Below, in pieces: positions 39,502 to 49,473 of a DNA stretch of 64,000 bases. A program made the position numbers and the translations under genes. Each line of letters opens with the position of its first letter. Position 1 is the stretch's first letter. Where the stretch lies: assembly GCF_035758555.1 (NCBI RefSeq), contig NZ_DASTXI010000060.1, positions 5,914 to 69,913 of the forward strand, read 5' to 3'. The notes beneath the pieces were generated by a model. It saw nothing but the letters and a program-made list of their open reading frames with translations, made no database searches and was not told the DNA's origin. This DNA comes from Sphingomonas sp. (GTDB lineage: Bacteria; Pseudomonadota; Alphaproteobacteria; Sphingomonadales; Sphingomonadaceae).

Positions 39502-40719
39502 TCAGGCCGCAGCCTTGCGCAGGGCCTTGTCGACCAGCGCCGCGTCGGTGACAGGCGCGAGGATGGCGAGCCGGCCGGCGCCGGTGCGGCGCGCGACCAG
39601 GATCACGAACTCGTCGCTGCCCGCTTCGAGCTCGACTTCGGCCTTTGCCGGCGCAGTGCGGAGAGCCGTGCGCGCCTGCTCGCCGCGATCCGCTTTCGGC
39701 GCGGAAGCACGGTGCGCGCGCTCGGCACGGACGACGGCCTTCAGGCCGCCCTCGAAGCCTTCGAGATATTCGGCGAGCGCGCCACTTGCGACGCCTTCGC
39801 GCCGGGCGAAGCTCAAAGCCGCCGCATATTCGGTGAGGCGCGTCTTGTCGTAATCGGCGCCGAACACGAGCTTGACGATCGGCGTCATCGGCGCGCGCGC
39901 CTGCACGCTCAGCCCTTCGTTTGTCAGCAGCTCGGCATAGGCCTCGGGCTGCTCGTCGGCGGCAAGTGCGAAATCATGGGCCCGGCCGATCGCTGCATAC
40001 AGCGCTGCATGGGCGCGGCCTTCCGATTGGGAAGCGCCTTCGGCACTCAGACGCGCCGCGGCGAGCCAGTCGTGCAGCGAGTGAGCAGCGGAGTCTTGTT
40101 CCGGCTCCGCCTCGGCCTCCGGCCAGATCGGCGCCGGAGCGGGCGGGGCGGGGGCGGCGCCAAGCGCGCCCGCGACCTCGCGCTCGAGCTCGTCGCTCAG
40201 CGCATCGGACGCCGCGTGCTTCCAGTTGATGACGCCATAGACATAGTCGATCGTCTCGCCGTCCGACGAAAACGGCATCAGAATGCCACGATAGAGTGTC
40301 GGCAGGCCGCGATGGTTGGTGAACTCCGCCTCGAAGCCGATCGGCGCCCGGTTGGCGATGATCTGCATGCACGGATCGGTCAGCCGCGACACAAGCGAGC
40401 GTGCCGGCACGTCGGCCACGGTGCGAATGCCATAAAGCATGTCGCACTCTTCGCGAAGCGCGCGGCCGAGATAGGTGACGGTAGGATTGTCGAGCGAGCG
40501 GCTGAAATCGAGCAGCACGCTGTGCGGCCCGAAATCGGAAATGCTGGACGGATCGAGATCCTGAATCGACGGGCAGGCGCGGCCGTTCAGCAGCGATGTC
40601 CAATATTCATAGGCGCGGACGTGCATGCGACGTTCGCTGCCGCCAATGACCGGCGGCGGCCCGTCCCAGCCGAGATCGTCCTCGTCGTCGCTGCGGTTGA
40701 AGTCGTACGCGGTGTCCAT
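39502..40719 (-). CDS. Hypothetical protein with N-terminal PAS-like domain
   Basis: ERRMHVRAYEYW, PIGFEAEF, YRGILMPFS, YVYGVINW. Confidence 0.6.
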   Translation of the reverse strand: MDTAYDFNRSDDEDDLGWDGPPPVIGGSERRMHVRAYEYWTSLLNGRACPSIQDLDPSSISDFGPHSVLLDFSRSLDNPTVTYLGRALREECDMLYGIRTVADVPARSLVSRLTDPCMQIIANRAPIGFEAEFTNHRGLPTLYRGILMPFSSDGETIDYVYGVINWKHAASDALSDELEREVAGALGAAPAPPAPAPIWPEAEAEPEQDSAAHSLHDWLAAARLSAEGASQSEGRAHAALYAAIGRAHDFALAADEQPEAYAELLTNEGLSVQARAPMTPIVKLVFGADYDKTRLTEYAAALSFARREGVASGALAEYLEGFEGGLKAVVRAERAHRASAPKADRGEQARTALRTAPAKAEVELEAGSDEFVILVARRTGAGRLAILAPVTDAALVDKALRKAAA

Positions 40720-40777
40720 AGCCGTGCCCCGTTTGCAGCATGGTGCCGCAAGCAAGGTTAACGGCGCGTAAAGAGCG

Positions 40778-41647
40778 CTATTGAAACGCCCAGCGCAGCG
40801 TACGCGCGATGCCGGTCGTGCCGGCGCGGACGAGGGGCGTCAGCGGGCCGGCGCCGGCAAGACCGTGCATCCGCCGCGCCCATTCGGGCAGCAGGTCCAC
40901 CGCCGCCTGCATCGTGAGCCGATGCAGCGGCTCCGCGCTTGGCTTGTGGGCGCGCGATCCGAGCACCAGTCCGGCTACCTCGCGGGTGCGCGAATCGACC
41001 TTGAGCTCCAGGCGCATCGCCTCGATCAGCCGGCGCGCCTCTATCTGGCTGCGCGGCACCGGATCGGCGCCCAATGCCTCGCCGATTCGAGCCATTTCAG
41101 CGACGTAGCGGTCGCGATCGGCGACGCGCATCCGGGGCTCCGCATAACGGATCCAGCCGGCGAGGGAGCTGACCGTCTCCGTCACATGAACCCAGGCGAG
41201 CAGGCGCGGATCGTCGGCGCGATAGGGCGCGCCGTCGGGTAGCCTGCCGGAGACGCGGGCGTGGATCGCGCGGACGCGGGCGATCGCCGCTTCCGCCTCG
41301 TCGCGCCCGCCATAGCTTGTCAGCGCGATGAAGCGCGCGGTGCGGCGGAGCCGGCCGAGCATGTCCTCGCGGAAGTTGGAATGATCCCAGACACCGGCGA
41401 GCACGGCCGGGTGCAGCATCTGCAGCAACAGGCCCGAGACACCGCCGACCATCATCGCGGTCACGTCGCCATGCACGCGCCAGACGACCGATTCGGGGCC
41501 GAACAGCCCGTCCGGCCGGCGCGCGACCGGCTTCTGCCCCTTCGCGCGATCGTTGAAGATCGACACGACTTCCGATGCGATCCGCTTCTTCAGCACCCGC
41601 GCGAAGGGTAGGGCAGCAGCACCGGCATCGGGATAACGCGCGGACAT
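40778..41647 (-). CDS. Oxygenase MpaB/DUF2236 family protein
   Basis: GLFGPESVVWRVH, LLQMLHP, GVWDHS, VRAIH, WVH. Confidence 0.85.
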   Translation of the reverse strand: MSARYPDAGAAALPFARVLKKRIASEVVSIFNDRAKGQKPVARRPDGLFGPESVVWRVHGDVTAMMVGGVSGLLLQMLHPAVLAGVWDHSNFREDMLGRLRRTARFIALTSYGGRDEAEAAIARVRAIHARVSGRLPDGAPYRADDPRLLAWVHVTETVSSLAGWIRYAEPRMRVADRDRYVAEMARIGEALGADPVPRSQIEARRLIEAMRLELKVDSRTREVAGLVLGSRAHKPSAEPLHRLTMQAAVDLLPEWARRMHGLAGAGPLTPLVRAGTTGIARTLRWAFQ

Positions 41648-41719
41648 GGTGGTAACATAAGCGCGAACCGCCGGCTTGCCAGCGCCGATTCGCACTGATA
41701 AGCGCCCGCCTCGCCCTTG

Positions 41720-41795
41720 GCCGCTTTAGCTCAGTTGGTAGAGCATCGCATTCGTAATGCGGGGGTCGCAGGTTCGAGTCCTGCAAGCGGCACCA
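41720..41795 (+). tRNA. tRNA-Thr (anticodon CGT)
   Basis: Acceptor GCCGCTT/AAGCGGC, D-arm AGCTCAGTTGGTAGAGC, anticodon loop TTCGTAA, T-loop GTTCGAGTC, encoded CCA. Confidence 0.97.
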
Positions 41796-41842
41796 CCATT
41801 AACATAAAGATTGGACGCGCCGGGTCGGGCGGTGTCGCTCGG

Positions 41843-42700
41843 CTATGGGCGGAGCGCTTCGCGCAGATTGCCTTCGGTTTTTTCGATCGCTCGCTCGTCG
41901 ATACCGAGCGCGATCAACACTGCACGCTTGATGCTGCCGGCTGAGGCCGCGAGCGCGGCTTGTGCCGTCGGCAGGTCTGATCCGCTGATCCGCGCCACGA
42001 TCGTCGCCGCGCGCGCCTGGAGCTTCGCGTTGGACAGGCGCATGTCGACCATCAGTCCGGCGTGGATGCGGCCGAGCCGCAGCATGATCGCGGTGGAGAG
42101 GGTGTTCAGCGCGATTTTCTGCGCAGTCCCCGCTTTCATCCGTGTGGAACCGGCGACGACCTCCGGCCCGGTGAGCAGGGCGATCGGGTGATCGGATGCC
42201 GCCAGCAGCGGGGAGCCGGCGTTGCTGGCAAGGCCGATCGTCAGCGCGCCGGCCGCTCCGGCGGCGCGGACCGCGCCGAGCGTGAACGGCGTGCGGCCGC
42301 TGGCGGCCACGCCGATCACGACGTCCGCCGGCGTGGCGCCAGCCTCGCGGATCGCGGCCTCGCCCGCAGCCGCATCGTCCTCCGCTCCTTCGACGCTTTC
42401 CAGCAGCGCCCCCATGCCGCCGGCAAGCGCATAGACGGTGCGCTCCCAGTCATAGGTCGGGCCAAGCTCGACGCCGTCGAGCACGGCCAGCCGGCCTGAC
42501 GTTCCCGCCCCGGCATAGATCAGCCGCCCGTTCTCGCGCAGCCGCAGCGCAGCGGCGTCGGCAGCCGCAGCAATCGCGTCGCTCGCGGCCTGCACCGCGG
42601 CGGCCGCGGCAAGCTGGCCCTCGAGCATTGCCGCAACCGCATCCCGCGTTGGCCAGAGATCGAGATCGGCATAGCGCGGGCTGATCGTTTCGGTCGACAA
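41843..42700 (-). CDS. murQ: N-acetylmuramic acid 6-phosphate etherase
   Basis: STE start, GAGTSGRLAVLDGVE, EGAEDD, ASGRTP, GPEVVAGSTRMKAGTAQK, MVD..SNAKL; TTG start after GGAG. Confidence 0.9.
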   Translation of the reverse strand: MSTETISPRYADLDLWPTRDAVAAMLEGQLAAAAAVQAASDAIAAAADAAALRLRENGRLIYAGAGTSGRLAVLDGVELGPTYDWERTVYALAGGMGALLESVEGAEDDAAAGEAAIREAGATPADVVIGVAASGRTPFTLGAVRAAGAAGALTIGLASNAGSPLLAASDHPIALLTGPEVVAGSTRMKAGTAQKIALNTLSTAIMLRLGRIHAGLMVDMRLSNAKLQARAATIVARISGSDLPTAQAALAASAGSIKRAVLIALGIDERAIEKTEGNLREALRP

Positions 42701-42740
42701 GGCGCACACTCCTGTTGCGGCCGACTCTATTCCGCAACGT

Positions 42741-42771
42741 CATAGGGGTGCCATATCTTCTTAGCATATGG
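42741..42771. promoter_or_regulatory. Putative LysR-type operator in the murQ/kinase divergent region
   Basis: CATAG-N7-ATATC overlapping the palindrome CCATAT-N9-ATATGG. Confidence 0.45.
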
Positions 42772-42804
42772 TTCGTCAGATCGGCGTAATGTCCGGCCCC
42801 GACG

Positions 42805-43683
42805 ATGGACTATTATCTGGGCATCGACGCCGGCGGCACGCACACGCGCGCTCGCCTGGTGACAGCGGACGGCATCGTGGTCGGTGCGGGCGAAGGCGGC
42901 CCCGCCAACACGCGCATCGGCCTGCCGGAGGCGCTCGACGCCGTCGCCGACGCCTATATGCAGGCGCTGCGGCAGGCTGGGCTGGGCGAAAGCGACTTCC
43001 CTCTGATCCGCGCCGGGCTAGGCATTGCGGGGCTCAATCGCCGCGGCGTGCTGCCGAGCCTGCAGGAGCATGACTTTCCGTTCCGCTCGATCGCGTTTGC
43101 CAGCGACGCTGCCATCGCCAATCTGGGCGCGCATGCGGGCGGCGACGGCGCGATCGTGATCGTCGGGACCGGCAGCATCGGCTTCGCGCGGGTGGGCGAC
43201 CAGGTTCATACGATCGGGGGCTACGGCTTTCCGATTTCCGACGAGGGCAGCGGGGCCGATCTCGGGCTGCGGGCGATCCGGCAGTCCTTGTGGGCGCGCG
43301 ACGGGCGGATTCCGCACAGTGCGATGACCGAGGCGGTGCTCGATCATTTCCACGGCAAGCCCAGCGAGATCGTCACCTGGACCGGTCGCGCAACGCCGGC
43401 AGACTATGCCGCCTTCGCGCCGCTGGTGATGGATTATGCGAGCGACGGCGATCCGGTGGCGGAAGCGATCGTGCAGGAAGCTGCGCTGAGGATCGACCGG
43501 CTGATCCGCGTCCTGCTCGATCGTGGGGCGCCGAGCTGCTGCCTGATGGGCGGCGTGGCCGCGCGCATGCGCGACTGGCTTGCGGCGAGCATTCGCGAGC
43601 GGCTGACCGAGCCGCTCGGTGATGCGCTGGATGGTGCGATCCTGCTCGCCCGGACGCGCGCGGTGGACAAGGAAGCGGCGTAG
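42805..43683 (+). CDS. BadF/BadG/BcrA/BcrD-family amino-sugar kinase (GlcNAc/MurNAc kinase-like)
   Basis: GIDAGGT, GPAN, GIAG, SDA, GTGS, GGYG..ISDEGSG. Confidence 0.85.
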   Translation: MDYYLGIDAGGTHTRARLVTADGIVVGAGEGGPANTRIGLPEALDAVADAYMQALRQAGLGESDFPLIRAGLGIAGLNRRGVLPSLQEHDFPFRSIAFASDAAIANLGAHAGGDGAIVIVGTGSIGFARVGDQVHTIGGYGFPISDEGSGADLGLRAIRQSLWARDGRIPHSAMTEAVLDHFHGKPSEIVTWTGRATPADYAAFAPLVMDYASDGDPVAEAIVQEAALRIDRLIRVLLDRGAPSCCLMGGVAARMRDWLAASIRERLTEPLGDALDGAILLARTRAVDKEAA

Positions 43684-43726
43684 GCGGCTTCAACTTCGCC
43701 GGTCCAGCCTGTAAGCCTTGATCCAG

Positions 43727-44611
43727 ATGAATCTGCGTCACATCGAAATCTTCCACGCCGTCTATGTGAACGGATCGGTCAGCGCCGCGGCGCGGGCGCT
43801 GAACGTCTCGCAGCCGTCCGTGTCGAAAATGCTGCGCCATGCCGAATCGCTGCTCGGCTTCAACCTGTTCCAGCGGACCAATGGCGGGCTCGTGCCGACC
43901 GAAGACGCGCATGTGCTGTTCGCCGACGTCAGCGAAATCCAGGACCGGGTCTATGCCCTGCGGGAAGCGGGACGGAACCTGAAGCGCGGCGTCGGCGGCG
44001 TGCTGCGCATCTCGGCGCTGCCGTCGCTCTCGCTGGGCGCGTTGCCGACTGCGGTGGCGCGCTTCATGCGCAATCACCAGAACGTGAAGTTCGACCTGCA
44101 GACCGTGCACCACGACGATCTGCTGAGGAAGCTCTACGAGCGCGAGACGGACGTGGCGATCGCCTATCAGGTGCCGCCGGCGACGCCGATCGGCAATCGC
44201 TGGCTGGGCGAGGGCGAGCTGGTCCTGCTGTACCGCGAGGAAGACCTGCCGGACGCGCCGCCGTCCGTGGAGCTCGACGTGTTGAGCGGAAAGCCGTTCA
44301 TCAGCCTGGCGGCCAGCGGCCCGATCGGTGCGCTGTTCAGTCAGGAACTCCTCCGGCGCGAGCTCGAGCTGAACGAAGTCGTGTCGGCGCGCACCTTCTA
44401 CATCGCCTGCGCACTGGTCCGGCAAGGGGTGGGCATGACGGTGGTGGACAATTTCACCGCCCAGGCCTCGCTGGTGCCGGGCCTGTCGATGCGCCCGTTG
44501 AAGCCGCGTCTCACTTTCGACATTCAGGCCATGTTCCTGACCAACCGGCCCCCCGGGGCGCTCGCCTGCGAATTCCTGAAGACCCTGGCCGCAGTCATCG
44601 ACGATCTATAA
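43727..44611 (+). CDS. LysR family transcriptional regulator
   Basis: MNLRHIEIF..GSVSAAARALNVSQPSVS..LFQR HTH; 294 aa. Confidence 0.92.
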   Translation: MNLRHIEIFHAVYVNGSVSAAARALNVSQPSVSKMLRHAESLLGFNLFQRTNGGLVPTEDAHVLFADVSEIQDRVYALREAGRNLKRGVGGVLRISALPSLSLGALPTAVARFMRNHQNVKFDLQTVHHDDLLRKLYERETDVAIAYQVPPATPIGNRWLGEGELVLLYREEDLPDAPPSVELDVLSGKPFISLAASGPIGALFSQELLRRELELNEVVSARTFYIACALVRQGVGMTVVDNFTAQASLVPGLSMRPLKPRLTFDIQAMFLTNRPPGALACEFLKTLAAVIDDL

Positions 44612-44644
44612 CGGCAGGCTATGCCGAGCGCCGCACTCGCTATG
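44607..44644 (+). promoter_or_regulatory. Putative LysR operator pair before the dgcN-like operon
   Basis: TATAA-CGGCAGG-CTATG with a second CTATG 21 bp downstream. Confidence 0.5.
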
Positions 44645-44680
44645 CGCGGCGCCGTGCGGGGCGGGATAGGCCTGCGCAGG

Positions 44681-45715
44681 ATGATCCCAGGCCCTTTTCT
44701 CCTCTATCTTGGCCATAGCGACGACCCTGTCGCGATCAAGACGTCGCGCGGCCTGGCCGAGTTCCGACGGGAAGATTGCGTCGGCGAGTTCCGCCACGAC
44801 GATTGCCCGCTGACGCTCGGCCTGCCGCGGATGGGCGTGGTGGAAGCGGCGATGGCGCGCGCGCGGACGCTGGTGCTGGGTATTGCCAGCGCGGGCGGAC
44901 AGCTCGGGCCCGACCTGGTCGAGGACGCGGCAGCCGCGCTGGCCGCGGGAATGAATGTGGCTGCCGGGCTGCACGAGCGGCTGCGCAACGAGCCGCGGCT
45001 GGTTGCGATGGCGGCGGAACGCGGGCTGCAGCTGTTCGACGTGCGCGATCCGCCAGGCGACCTGAGCGTCGGCAAGGGCTATCCGCGGGCCGGCCGTCGG
45101 CTGCTGACCGTCGGCACCGATTGCTCGGTCGGCAAGATGTATTCGACGCTGGCGCTCACCCGGGCGCTGAAGACGCGGGGCGTTGCCGCCGATTTCCGCG
45201 CCACCGGCCAGACAGGCATCCTGATCGCGGGCGAAGGGATTCCGGTCGATGCGGTGGTTTCGGATTTCATCTCTGGCGCGATCGAGCAGCTGGCGCCGGC
45301 GCGCGACGACGGCGGCTGGGATCTGATCGAGGGGCAGGGATCGCTGTTCCACCCCTCCTTCGCCGGCGTCTCGCTGGGCCTGCTGCATGGCGCCCAGCCC
45401 GAGGCGCTGGTGCTGTGCGACGAGCCCGGCCGCGCGCATATGCGCGGCATTCCCGGCCGCCCGACGCCGGGCCTTGCCGAAACGCTGGAGCGCAACCTTG
45501 AGGCCGCGCGCGTGACGAGCCCCGGCGTTCGCGCCGTCGGCATCTGTCTCAATACGTCCGGCCTGGACCGGGATGAAGCGCTTCGCCTGTGCGCGCGGAC
45601 AGAGGACGAACTTGGCCTTCCGTGCACCAACCCGGTCGCCTTCGGCGTCGAAGCCATTATCGACAGACTGCTATGCGTCGAACCCTCAGCGCCCGCCACG
45701 ATCGCTTCGCGCTGA
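44681..45715 (+). CDS. dgcN: DUF1611 family, D-glutamate N-acetyltransferase-like
   Basis: GLH, DVR, VGTDCSVGKM, ATGQTGI, DAVVSDFISGA, EGQGSL, LLHGAQP; adjacent to an enolase-family racemase. Confidence 0.8.
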   Translation: MIPGPFLLYLGHSDDPVAIKTSRGLAEFRREDCVGEFRHDDCPLTLGLPRMGVVEAAMARARTLVLGIASAGGQLGPDLVEDAAAALAAGMNVAAGLHERLRNEPRLVAMAAERGLQLFDVRDPPGDLSVGKGYPRAGRRLLTVGTDCSVGKMYSTLALTRALKTRGVAADFRATGQTGILIAGEGIPVDAVVSDFISGAIEQLAPARDDGGWDLIEGQGSLFHPSFAGVSLGLLHGAQPEALVLCDEPGRAHMRGIPGRPTPGLAETLERNLEAARVTSPGVRAVGICLNTSGLDRDEALRLCARTEDELGLPCTNPVAFGVEAIIDRLLCVEPSAPATIASR

Positions 45716-46662
45716 CGCAGCCGTTCCGCATCTCGCGCGGGGTCAAGACCGTGGCGGATGTGGTGACGGTGGAGATCGGCGAAGGCGATGCGGTCGGGCG
45801 CGGCGAGGGGGTTCCCTATGCCCGATATGGCGAGAGCATCGACAGCGCCCTGGCGCAGATCGAGGCGGCGCGGAGCTTTATCGAGCAGGGCGGCGACCGG
45901 CGCGCACTGCTGGCGGAGCTTCCCGCCGGGGCCGCGCGCAACGCGATCGATTGCGCGCTGTGGGATCTGGAGGCGCGGCTGTCGGGTGTGAGCGTGGCGG
46001 CGGCGATCGGCGCGCCGGAGCCCGAGCGGCTGGCGAGCGCGCTGACGATCGTCATCGACACGCCGGACGCGATGGCGCGCGCCGCCGCGGCGGTTGCGCA
46101 GGCGCCCTTGCTGAAGGTGAAGGTCAATGCCGACGACCCCGCCGCGCAGATCTGCGCCGTGCGCGACGCCGCGCCGGCGGCTGCGCTGATCGTCGACCCG
46201 AACGAGAGCTGGGACCAGGCGCTGGTCGAGGCGATGCAGCCGGTGCTGAAGGCGGCGCATGTCGCTCTGCTGGAACAGCCGATCCCGGCAGACGCGGACG
46301 ACTGGCTGGAAGGTTTCGAGCCCGCCGTGCCGATCTGCGCCGACGAGGCCGTGCATGTCGCGGCCGATCTGGCCCGGGTCGCCCGACGCTATCAGGTCGT
46401 CAACGTCAAGCTCGACAAGGCCGGCGGCCTGACGGCCGCGCTGGAGCTGGCCCATGCTGCGCGCTGGTCCGGGCTGGGGCTGATGACGGGGTGCATGGTC
46501 AGCTCTTCGCTGTCGATCGCGCCGGCGCTGCACGTTGCGCGCATGTCGGACTTCGTTGATCTCGACGGGCCGGTGTGGCTGAAGGAGGATTATCCGGGCG
46601 GTGTCCGGGATCAAGGGGGGCTGCTGGCCCTTCCGGAGAACGGCTTTTGGGGGACGGTGTGA
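45673..46662 (+). CDS. dgcA: Enolase-superfamily N-acetyl-D-Glu racemase / L-Ala-D/L-Glu epimerase
   Basis: FRISRG, KVK, DPNE, EQP, ADE, VKLDK, GCM, DLDG. Confidence 0.8.
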   Translation: MRRTLSARHDRFALTQPFRISRGVKTVADVVTVEIGEGDAVGRGEGVPYARYGESIDSALAQIEAARSFIEQGGDRRALLAELPAGAARNAIDCALWDLEARLSGVSVAAAIGAPEPERLASALTIVIDTPDAMARAAAAVAQAPLLKVKVNADDPAAQICAVRDAAPAAALIVDPNESWDQALVEAMQPVLKAAHVALLEQPIPADADDWLEGFEPAVPICADEAVHVAADLARVARRYQVVNVKLDKAGGLTAALELAHAARWSGLGLMTGCMVSSSLSIAPALHVARMSDFVDLDGPVWLKEDYPGGVRDQGGLLALPENGFWGTV

Positions 46663-48209
46663 ACAAGCTGCGACTGGCGCTGCTCTGCGTGACTTCCGCA
46701 TTCGGCATGGGTGCGGCGCCCGTGCCGCAGGCCGACCTGCTGATCCGGGGCGGCACCGTCTATCCCGGATCCGGCGCGCCGTTCACCGGCGACGTGGCCG
46801 TGAAGGGTGATCGCATCGTCGCCGTCGGGCCGCACCTGACGCTCAGCGCGGCTCGTGTCATCGACGCCGGGGGCATGATCGTCGCGCCGGGGTTTATAGA
46901 CCCGCACACGCATGTCGACGGGCATCTCGCTTCGAAGGATGCGCAGGAGCGGTTGGTGCCGGGCTTCCTGATGCAGGGCGTGACGACGGCCGTGATCGGC
47001 AGCGACGGCGGCGGCTCGTACGACATGGCCAAGGTGTTCGCGCACCAGCCGGTCGGCATCAATTACGCCGCCCATGTCGGTTTCGGCGCGGTGCGCAGGG
47101 CCGTCGTCGGCGAGGCGGATCGTGCCCCAACCGATGCCGAGCTCGCGCGGATGAAGGCGCTGGTCGCAGGCGCGATGTGCCAGGGCGCGATCGGCCTCTC
47201 GAGCGGGCTCTTCTATGCGCCGCAAAGCTTTGCGAAAACCGGGGAGGTTGCGGCGCTCGCCGCGGAGGCAGGCAAGCGCGGCGGCTTCTACGACAGCCAT
47301 ATCCGCGACGAATCGAGCTACAATATCGGCCTTGCCGCGGCGATCGGCGAGGCGATCGAGATTGGCCGCCTGGGCCATCTTCCGGCGCACATTTCGCACA
47401 TCAAGGCGCTGGGCGTCGATGTGCACGGCCAGGCTCCGGCGATCATTGCCCGGATCGAGGCTGCCCGCCGCGCCGGACAGGACGTGACGGCCGACCAATA
47501 TCCCTGGTCGGCGTCCGGTACGAGCCTTGCCGCTTCGCTGGTGCCGCGCTGGGCGCAGGACGGTGGGCGCAAGGCGTTGCTCGCCCGCTTCGACGATCCG
47601 GCGCTGAAGGAGCGGCTGCGCGCCGACATGAAGGAGAATCTGCGTCGGCGCGGCGGCGCGGAGTCGCTGCTGATCACCGAAGGCGAATTCCGCGGGCAGC
47701 GCCTCGACGCCATCGCGAAGGCGCAGGGCACCGACCCGGTCTCTGCCGCGATCGTTGTAATCCGCAAGCACGATCCTGCGGTCGCGTCGTTCAACCAGAC
47801 CGAGGCCGATATCGAGGCCTTTATGCGCCAGCCCTGGGTCATGACCAGCTCCGACGCGTCCACCGGCCACCCACGCAGCTATGGCAGCTTCGCGCGCAAA
47901 TATGCCCGCTACGTGGTCGAGCGGCACACGATCAGCCTGCGCGATTTCATCGATCGAAGCAGCACGCTGACCGCCGATACGCTGGGGCTGACGGAACGCG
48001 GCCGGCTGAAGCGCGGCGCTTTTGCCGACATCGTGGTATTCGACCCGAAGCACTATGCCGCCCTCGCGACCTATGAGGAGCCGACGCTGCTGGCTCAGGG
48101 CGTGCAGACGGTGGTCGTCAACGGCGTGCTGGCGGTCGACAAGGGCAAGCTGACCGGCGCCGCCGCCGGACGCGCGCTCAGGAAGACGCCGCGGCCGGGC
48201 AGCTGCTGA
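46659..48209 (+). CDS. N-acyl-D-amino-acid deacylase family protein with signal peptide
   Basis: PGFIDPHTH, GLSSGLFY, SHIRDE, HISHIK, DQYPW, HPRSYG; N-terminal signal-like segment. Confidence 0.85.
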   Translation: MNKLRLALLCVTSAFGMGAAPVPQADLLIRGGTVYPGSGAPFTGDVAVKGDRIVAVGPHLTLSAARVIDAGGMIVAPGFIDPHTHVDGHLASKDAQERLVPGFLMQGVTTAVIGSDGGGSYDMAKVFAHQPVGINYAAHVGFGAVRRAVVGEADRAPTDAELARMKALVAGAMCQGAIGLSSGLFYAPQSFAKTGEVAALAAEAGKRGGFYDSHIRDESSYNIGLAAAIGEAIEIGRLGHLPAHISHIKALGVDVHGQAPAIIARIEAARRAGQDVTADQYPWSASGTSLAASLVPRWAQDGGRKALLARFDDPALKERLRADMKENLRRRGGAESLLITEGEFRGQRLDAIAKAQGTDPVSAAIVVIRKHDPAVASFNQTEADIEAFMRQPWVMTSSDASTGHPRSYGSFARKYARYVVERHTISLRDFIDRSSTLTADTLGLTERGRLKRGAFADIVVFDPKHYAALATYEEPTLLAQGVQTVVVNGVLAVDKGKLTGAAAGRALRKTPRPGSC

Positions 48210-49459
48210 TGGGGCTGTTCAGGGGCTGGCTCGCGATCCCGCTCTGGAAGCGCGTGTTGGGCGCGCTGCTGCTCGGGCTGGTGTTCGCGATCGTCTGGCC
48301 CGATGCGACCCCCGCGGTCGCGTTCCTCGGCGAACTGTTCGTCCGCGCGATCCGGATGCTGGTCGCGCCGATCGTGCTGGTGACGATCGCGGCGGGCATC
48401 ACTGCGCTGGGCGATCCGAAGCGGATCGGCGGGCTGGGCGGTCGCACGATCGGCCTGTTTGCGCTCACCACCGCCATCGCCGTGTCGGTCGGCATGGCCG
48501 TCGCGACATTGATCCGGCCGGGCGAGGGCGCGCCGCTGGGCACTGCCGCGCCGCATGCGCTGGGGCCGGAAGTCACGCCTTATGACCAGCTGATCGGCAT
48601 CGTTCCCCTCAATATCTTCGACGCGCTCGCCAGGGGCGACATGCTGGCGCTGATCTTCGTCGCGATCCTGACCGGCGTGGGCACGCTGGTGGCGGGCGAA
48701 GCGGGCAAGCCCTTCGCCGCGCTGCTCCAGTCCGCTTCGGCCGTGCTGCTGCGGATCGTCGGCATCGTGATGGAGGCGACGCCGTTCGGCGTGTTCGCGC
48801 TGATCGCAAACGCGGTGGCGGCGAACGGCGCGGCGGTGTTCGTCAATGTCGGCTGGCTGGCGGTTGCCGTGCTGATCGGATCGGCGGTGCAGATCGTTTT
48901 GGTGCACAGCCTGATGCTGCGGCTGCTCGCCCGGGTGCCGGTGCTGCCATTCTTCCGCGGCGTGATCGACGCGCTGGTCGTCGCCTTCTCGACCGCGTCC
49001 AGCTCGGCGACGCTGCCGGTCGCGATGCGGGTCGCCGAAAAGAATCTCGGGATCGCCCGCCCCGTCTATTCGACGACGCTGCCGCTGGGCGCGAGCATCG
49101 GCAAGGACGGAACCGCCATGTATGTCGGCCTGCTCAGCATGTTTGGCCTGCAGGCGTTCGGCGTCGAGCTGACGCCCGCCGTCTACGGGCTGGTGCTGCT
49201 GACCGGCGCCCTGGCTGCGTTCGGCACGGCGCCGGTCCCGTCGGCATCGCTGTTCATGCTGGCGGCGGTGCTCTCGGCGGTCGGCGTCGCGCCGGAGCAG
49301 ACGGCGCTGCTGGTCGGCTTCGTGCTGCCGTTCGACCGCCTGCTCGACATGACCCGCACCGTGCCGAGCGCCAGCGCCAACCTGACGGTCGCGACGACGG
49401 TGGCGCGCTGGGAAGGGGAGCTGGACGAGACCGTCTATCGCGCGCGCGCGACCGCCTGA
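48209..49459 (+). CDS. Dicarboxylate/amino acid:cation symporter (GltP/DctA family)
   Basis: PFGVFALI, FSTASSSATLP, KDGTA, DRLLDMTRT; multiple TMs. Confidence 0.9.
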   Translation: MGLFRGWLAIPLWKRVLGALLLGLVFAIVWPDATPAVAFLGELFVRAIRMLVAPIVLVTIAAGITALGDPKRIGGLGGRTIGLFALTTAIAVSVGMAVATLIRPGEGAPLGTAAPHALGPEVTPYDQLIGIVPLNIFDALARGDMLALIFVAILTGVGTLVAGEAGKPFAALLQSASAVLLRIVGIVMEATPFGVFALIANAVAANGAAVFVNVGWLAVAVLIGSAVQIVLVHSLMLRLLARVPVLPFFRGVIDALVVAFSTASSSATLPVAMRVAEKNLGIARPVYSTTLPLGASIGKDGTAMYVGLLSMFGLQAFGVELTPAVYGLVLLTGALAAFGTAPVPSASLFMLAAVLSAVGVAPEQTALLVGFVLPFDRLLDMTRTVPSASANLTVATTVARWEGELDETVYRARATA

Positions 49460-49473
49460 GGGAGTTTGGGGGC

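Noticed and set aside
41720-41830. tRNA-Thr as the attachment site of an integrative element
   Set aside because: No integrase and no duplicated tRNA 3' end seen in the window, and no obvious composition shift; cannot be excluded beyond 64 kb
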